64,000 nt of DNA, taken from the NCBI GenBank assembly GCA_027356795.1, contig DAHVXI010000045.1:4303-68302 (forward strand), written 5' to 3'. This DNA comes from Chloroflexota bacterium. Its GTDB lineage: Bacteria > Chloroflexota > UBA6077. Positions 59,742 to 64,000 of this stretch are shown piece after piece (position 1 is the first letter of the stretch; each line of letters opens with the position of its first letter). The position numbers were made by a program, and so were the translations under genes. The notes beneath the pieces were generated by a model. The model was not told the DNA's origin. It did no database searches and saw nothing but the letters and a program-made list of their open reading frames with translations.

Positions 59742-60308
59742 ATGGTCCTGGACCGGGTGACGTTGGACACCGGCATTCTGGTGGGCCCCAGGAGTCCGGA
59801 GTTCGCCATTGCCGCCCGCCTCGGGTACTATCGGGGGCATTGGAGCAACTGGATCGTAGCGGAGTTCAGCCGGGTCAGGACCGAGATGATCCTTCGGCGA
59901 GCCAGGCGGGAGCTGGGAATCACGCGGGAGAACGAGGAGGATGGGGCGATCCAGGAGGAGCTGGAGCAACGGCTGCTCAGGTCCAGGGCCAGGGTGAACG
60001 CCGCCATCGACGACTTCAGCAGGGTGCTGGTCAGCGTGGATTACCAGGAGGCGGAAGAGGCCGACCTCGCCTGGCTGAAGGACGAGGACGACCACCCGAT
60101 CATGCAAACGGCGATAGCCGCCGGGGTACCCGGCGTCCTGGTGACGGACAACTGGCGGGACTTCCCAATAGGCGAGGCTCGCAACGGGATCCTGATCGTG
60201 TCGGGCAGGATGTTCCTGGACTACCTGTATCAGACCTATCCCGAAGCCGAGGCGGTGATCACGAGGTACGCCGAGCGCCGCCGCCAGGCCATCAGCGAGG
60301 GAAAGTAG
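59742..60308 (+). CDS. PIN-domain protein (putative toxin)
   Basis: MVLDRVTLDTGILVG carries the first acidic residue; ..DDHPIMQTAIAAGVPGVLVTDNWRDF is the PIN core. It lies 40 nt after the HTH gene. An alternative start at 59685 overlaps by 17 nt. Confidence 0.55.
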   Translation: MVLDRVTLDTGILVGPRSPEFAIAARLGYYRGHWSNWIVAEFSRVRTEMILRRARRELGITRENEEDGAIQEELEQRLLRSRARVNAAIDDFSRVLVSVDYQEAEEADLAWLKDEDDHPIMQTAIAAGVPGVLVTDNWRDFPIGEARNGILIVSGRMFLDYLYQTYPEAEAVITRYAERRRQAISEGK

Positions 60309-60451
60309 CCAAGACACGGGTGCTGAGTATCCTCGCACATCTCCGGATGGCAGCGCGAACGGAAATGCGGGGTCGCATAGCTGTGCTCTATTGCCCCCGC
60401 TCGATGCTCGTTTCAATGCCTATCGTAGATCCAGCCGTGCGAGGGGGAGAC

Positions 60452-63346
60452 ATGGCCAAGAGACGTGAGTCGCAACAGGTGGGCCCGAGGCTGTTCCGCA
60501 CGAGCGATCAGTTGAATTTCGCGGACGAGCCTTCGCTAGAAGAGCAGGTCGGGGAAGATGCCGGTGGAAACGATGGCTCGGGGCAAGGGGCGCCACGCAG
60601 GGTGCGATCCGTCGAGTGCCTCGGGATGACCTTCGAGAGCGAGGAGGCAAGGCGAGACTACTTCACCGAGAGGCTGCGGGAGAAGCTGAAGGATCCCGAG
60701 TTTCGGAAGATTGAGGGCTTCCCCGTCAGTTCGGACGATGACATCCTGGCCCTGTCCGATCCACCCTACTACACTGCGTGCCCCAACCCATTCATCGCGG
60801 ATTTCCTATGCCACTACGGCAAACCCTACGAGCCGAGCGAATCGTACAACCGGGAACCGTTTGCGGCGGATGTCAGTGAAGGAAAGCAGGACCCGATATG
60901 CATGGCCCATACTTACCACACGAAGGTGCCATACCGTGCTATCATGCGGTATATCCTTCACTACACTAGCCCCGGTGATGTGGTCCTCGACTCATTCGCT
61001 GGCACAGGCATGACAGGATTGGCGGCACAGCTCTGCGCCAACCCCCAGCCGGATTTCCGAGATGCAGTCGAGGCCGAATGGACCAGCGCGGGTCAAACGC
61101 TGCCGAAATGGGGGCGGCGCGTTGCAGTCTTGTATGACCTGTCCCCATTCGCCACCTTTCTCGCTCGCAACTTCAACTCTGACTTAGACGCCAACACATT
61201 CGCCAAAGAAGCGACAGCTCTACTAGGTGATTCAGAGCGTGCACTTGGCTGGATGTACGAGACTGATCTACATGGATCGAAGACGAAGGGGCAGCTGCAG
61301 TATGTCATTTGGACGGAGTCGCTCTACTGCGAATGCGGTCATGAACTGCTGTTCTGGCATCCCAAGGACCCGAGTGGCCAGCTACCCGAGCCTGAGCACT
61401 CATTCCGGTGCCCCAATTGTGACGCGGAAGTTAGCAAACGCAGTGCTAGCCGAGCCACCTCGACTGTAGCCGACTCTCTTCTCGGAACCACGATTCGACA
61501 GAACAGGCGTCTGCCTGTTCTTGTCGAGGCCAAGTTCGGCGACGCGCTTGTGAAGAAGTCACCAACGCGATTCGACCTCGAACTTATGCAGAGAATTGAA
61601 CAGCAGGGACACACCCATTACGTCCCAACGCAACCCATGATGTTCGACGGGACGGCGTGGGGAGATATGTTCCGAGCAGGCTATCACTTCGGGATCACTC
61701 ACGTTCACCACTTCTGGACGAAGCGAAACCTTCTCGTCCTTTCGGATCTCATGGAGCGAGCAAGGAAGTCCAGCGTACCACTTGAAATGCTCTTTCTCTG
61801 CACCTCGTTCGCAGTTAAGACAGGCAGCCGGATGCACAACGTCGGTTTCAGTAGTGGGAAGCTGAACCTAGCCGGCCAAATCTACAACACCCTCCAGTTG
61901 ACCAGCATCAGCGCTGAGCGCAACCTGTATGTGCTTGGGAGGGGCAAAGTCGAGGACATCAGGAGCGTCTTCGACGTAAGAAAACTTCGAGGCTCGACGG
62001 CAATCTCGACCAGCTCGGCAACACAGCTCGCAGGCGTCCCAGACAACATGGTTGACTATGTATTCGTTGATCCGCCCTTCGGTGACAACATCATGTACTC
62101 CGAACTTAGTTTCCTCTACGAGGCTTGGTTGCGGGTATTCACGAACCAGAGAACCGAAGCAATCATGTCGGCCACACAGGAAAAGTCCCTGCATGAGTAT
62201 CAGATTCTCATGCTTCGAGCCTTCAGGGAACTCAATCGCGTCCTAAAGCCGGGTCGTTGGATTACGGTCGCTTTCCACAACAGCAAGAATGCCGTTTGGA
62301 ATGCGATACAAGAGGCTTTGTGGCATGCAGGCTTCGTGGTCGCTGACGTTCGCACACTTGACAAGGGGCAAGGGACGTACAAGCAGATGACCACGGCTGG
62401 GGCCGTCAAGCAAGACTTAGTCATTTCCGCCTACAAACCCAGTGGCGGCCTTGAGGGGCGCTTCAGGCTCACGGCCGGTACCGAAGAAGGCGTGTGGGAC
62501 TTCGTCCGCAATCACCTGGGGCAACTTCCGGTCTTCGTTCCCGTCGACGGCCATGCCGAGGTGGTGGCGGAGAGAGCCGGCTACCTGCTGTTCGACCGGA
62601 TGGTCGCGTTCCACGTCCAAAGAGGTGTGCTGGTGCCGATGTCGGCCGCGGAGTTCTACGCCGGGCTGAAGGAGAGGTTTCCCGCGCGGGACGGCATGTA
62701 CTTCCTGCCCGATCAGGTGGTCGAATACGACCGGAAGCGGCAGGGTGTCAAGGAAGTCTTTCAGCTGCAACTCGTCCCCACCGACGAGGCGACGGCTATC
62801 CAGTGGCTCCGCCAGCAGCTGGAGAGGAAGCCCCAGACGTTCCAGGAGATACATCCAGAGTTCATCCGAGCCATTGCCGGCTGGGAGCGGCACGAGCAGC
62901 CGTTGGAGCTGCGCGAGATGCTGGCCCACAACTTCCTCCGCTACGAAGGCTCCGGTGCGATCCCCGAGCCGATTTGGGCATGGATGCAGAAGAGCGCGAC
63001 CTTGCGCGAGCTGATGAAGGGACAGGACAGGGAGAGCCCGAGCGCTGCTTTGAGGGAAGAGGCGAAGGACAGGTGGTACATGCCCGATCCGAGCAGGGCA
63101 CAGGACCTGGAGAGGCTGAGGGAGAAGGCTCTTCTGAAGGAGTTCGAGGAGTACAGGGCCTTCAAGGGCAGGCAGATGAAGGTGCTCAGGCTGGAGGCGG
63201 TGCGAACCGGCTTCAAGAAGGCGTGGCAGGAGAGGGACTACCAGACGATCATCGACGTGGCCGGCAAAATACCCGAAGAGGTGTTGCAGGAGGACCCTAA
63301 GCTCCTGATGTGGTACGACCAGGCACTGACCAGGAGCGGCGCGTAG
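60452..63346 (+). CDS. pglXI: N6-adenine/N4-cytosine DNA methyltransferase, PglXI-like (PF01555-type motifs), ~964 aa
   Basis: Motif I VLDSFAGTGMTGLAA (~aa 170), motif IV DYVFVDPPFG (~aa 545), and an additional N-terminal LSDPPYY (~aa 100). The start at ATG 60452 follows GAGGGGGAG. The ORF-track start at 59840 overlaps the PIN gene. Confidence 0.75.
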   Translation: MAKRRESQQVGPRLFRTSDQLNFADEPSLEEQVGEDAGGNDGSGQGAPRRVRSVECLGMTFESEEARRDYFTERLREKLKDPEFRKIEGFPVSSDDDILALSDPPYYTACPNPFIADFLCHYGKPYEPSESYNREPFAADVSEGKQDPICMAHTYHTKVPYRAIMRYILHYTSPGDVVLDSFAGTGMTGLAAQLCANPQPDFRDAVEAEWTSAGQTLPKWGRRVAVLYDLSPFATFLARNFNSDLDANTFAKEATALLGDSERALGWMYETDLHGSKTKGQLQYVIWTESLYCECGHELLFWHPKDPSGQLPEPEHSFRCPNCDAEVSKRSASRATSTVADSLLGTTIRQNRRLPVLVEAKFGDALVKKSPTRFDLELMQRIEQQGHTHYVPTQPMMFDGTAWGDMFRAGYHFGITHVHHFWTKRNLLVLSDLMERARKSSVPLEMLFLCTSFAVKTGSRMHNVGFSSGKLNLAGQIYNTLQLTSISAERNLYVLGRGKVEDIRSVFDVRKLRGSTAISTSSATQLAGVPDNMVDYVFVDPPFGDNIMYSELSFLYEAWLRVFTNQRTEAIMSATQEKSLHEYQILMLRAFRELNRVLKPGRWITVAFHNSKNAVWNAIQEALWHAGFVVADVRTLDKGQGTYKQMTTAGAVKQDLVISAYKPSGGLEGRFRLTAGTEEGVWDFVRNHLGQLPVFVPVDGHAEVVAERAGYLLFDRMVAFHVQRGVLVPMSAAEFYAGLKERFPARDGMYFLPDQVVEYDRKRQGVKEVFQLQLVPTDEATAIQWLRQQLERKPQTFQEIHPEFIRAIAGWERHEQPLELREMLAHNFLRYEGSGAIPEPIWAWMQKSATLRELMKGQDRESPSAALREEAKDRWYMPDPSRAQDLERLREKALLKEFEEYRAFKGRQMKVLRLEAVRTGFKKAWQERDYQTIIDVAGKIPEEVLQEDPKLLMWYDQALTRSGA

Positions 63347-63356
63347 GGGTAGGGGA

Positions 63357-63980
63357 GTGACCGAGTCCGTGCATCAAGATATGAACCATGTGTTCACCAT
63401 CGGACACTCGAACCACCCCCTCGATACGTTCATTGGCCTTCTGAAGCAGCACGGCATCGAAGTGTTGGTCGACGTGAGATCCCAGCCGCACTCGCGGTAT
63501 AGCCCGCAGTTTGATGCGCCGGAGCTGAAGATCTCGCTGCCTGAAGCCGGGATCAGCTACCTGTTCCTGGGCCGGGAGCTGGGTGGAAGGCCCGAGGGCG
63601 AGCAGTTCTACGACGATGATGGCTACGTGCTGTACTCTCGCATTGCCGAGACGCCACTGTTCCACGAGGGGATCGCGCGGCTCGAGCGAGGCGTGGAGCA
63701 GTACCGGGTGGCGGTCATGTGCAGCGAGGAGAACCCGACAGGGTGCCACCGGCGGCTGCTCATCGGCCGTGTACTTGGCGGGAAGAGCGTGGAAGTCATC
63801 CACATTCGTGGCGACGGGAGGCTACAGCCCGAAGATGAGCTGAAAGCGGAGGAGCGAGCGAGCTCGGCGGAGGCAACCCAGCTTCGACTATTTGGCTCTG
63901 CGCCGTCGGAGGAGAAGCCATGGAGATCTACACGATCGGTTTCACCCAGAGAACCGCAGCGTCCTTCTTCGGAGCCCTAA
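63357..63980 (+). CDS. DUF488-family protein
   Basis: VFTIGHSNHPLDTFIGLLKQHGIEVLVDVRSQPHSRYSPQF..EAGISYLFLGRELGG is the DUF488 signature. It has a low-complexity C-terminal tail. Confidence 0.65.
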   Translation: MTESVHQDMNHVFTIGHSNHPLDTFIGLLKQHGIEVLVDVRSQPHSRYSPQFDAPELKISLPEAGISYLFLGRELGGRPEGEQFYDDDGYVLYSRIAETPLFHEGIARLERGVEQYRVAVMCSEENPTGCHRRLLIGRVLGGKSVEVIHIRGDGRLQPEDELKAEERASSAEATQLRLFGSAPSEEKPWRSTRSVSPREPQRPSSEP

Positions 63981-64000
63981 GGGCGAAGGGGATTCAACGG
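63921..64000 (+). CDS. Second DUF488-family gene, 5' end only (truncated by window edge)
   Basis: MEIYTIGFTQRTAASFFGALRAKGIQR with AGGAG 5 nt upstream. It overlaps the previous gene's tail by 60 nt in another frame. Confidence 0.5.

Overview
This is a 64 kb, high-GC (~65-68%) chromosomal segment, densely coding on both strands; the organism looks like a GC-rich Gram-negative or Chloroflexi-like bacterium (my inference only). No rRNA, tRNA or CRISPR array is evident.

Read left to right, the window contains:
- **1-2.7 kb:** a partial glnA and a glutamine-dependent nadE.
- **2.8-4.5 kb:** a PAS sensor kinase.
- **4.6-6.9 kb:** a homocitrate/isopropylmalate-synthase-like gene with no canonical start codon, followed by a divergent YrdC-like gene and a short AOR-C-terminus-like ORF.
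- **7-16.2 kb:** a coherent minus-strand locus for a Ttr-like molybdoenzyme (ttrB-C-A order), preceded by a PhnD-like lipoprotein SBP, a GAF/HAMP NarX-type histidine kinase and a NarL/LuxR response regulator. Palindromic candidate operators sit upstream of ttrB.
- **16.3-25 kb:** a class-III aminotransferase, an EamA transporter, thrC, and GH38 plus GDE-like glycosidases.
- **25-30 kb:** a DUF4388 protein and a giant multi-GAF histidine kinase.
- **30-39.5 kb:** a GNAT, a SpoIIIAA/Ycf45-like R3H ATPase, tmk-darA, a DUF554 protein, pyrG, tal, glpX and rho.
- **39.8-44.7 kb:** a LysM-M23 peptidase, a Cys-rich wHTH regulator, and a Moco biosynthesis trio (moaA, NUDIX, fused moaD-moaE).
- **44.9-49 kb:** an MBL hydrolase, an AlbA_2/HATPase_c_4 regulator and a PFK with atypical motifs.
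- **49.1-54.8 kb:** three small Cys-rich zinc-ribbon proteins, a heterodimeric ABC exporter pair and a MarR regulator.
- **54.9 kb to the window end:** a BREX type-3-like defence island. It runs BrxF-like small ATPase, BrxC/PglY-like 1247-aa ATPase, an inserted Xis-HTH/PIN toxin-antitoxin-like pair, a ~964-aa PglXI-like DNA methyltransferase with locally reduced GC, then two overlapping DUF488 genes. The right edge is truncated.

Two dispersed palindromic REP-like repeat families (CCCTCTCCC..GGGAGAGGG and AGCTATCAGCTGATAGCT) and a tandem array of ATCCGGAC motifs occupy the intergenic spacers.
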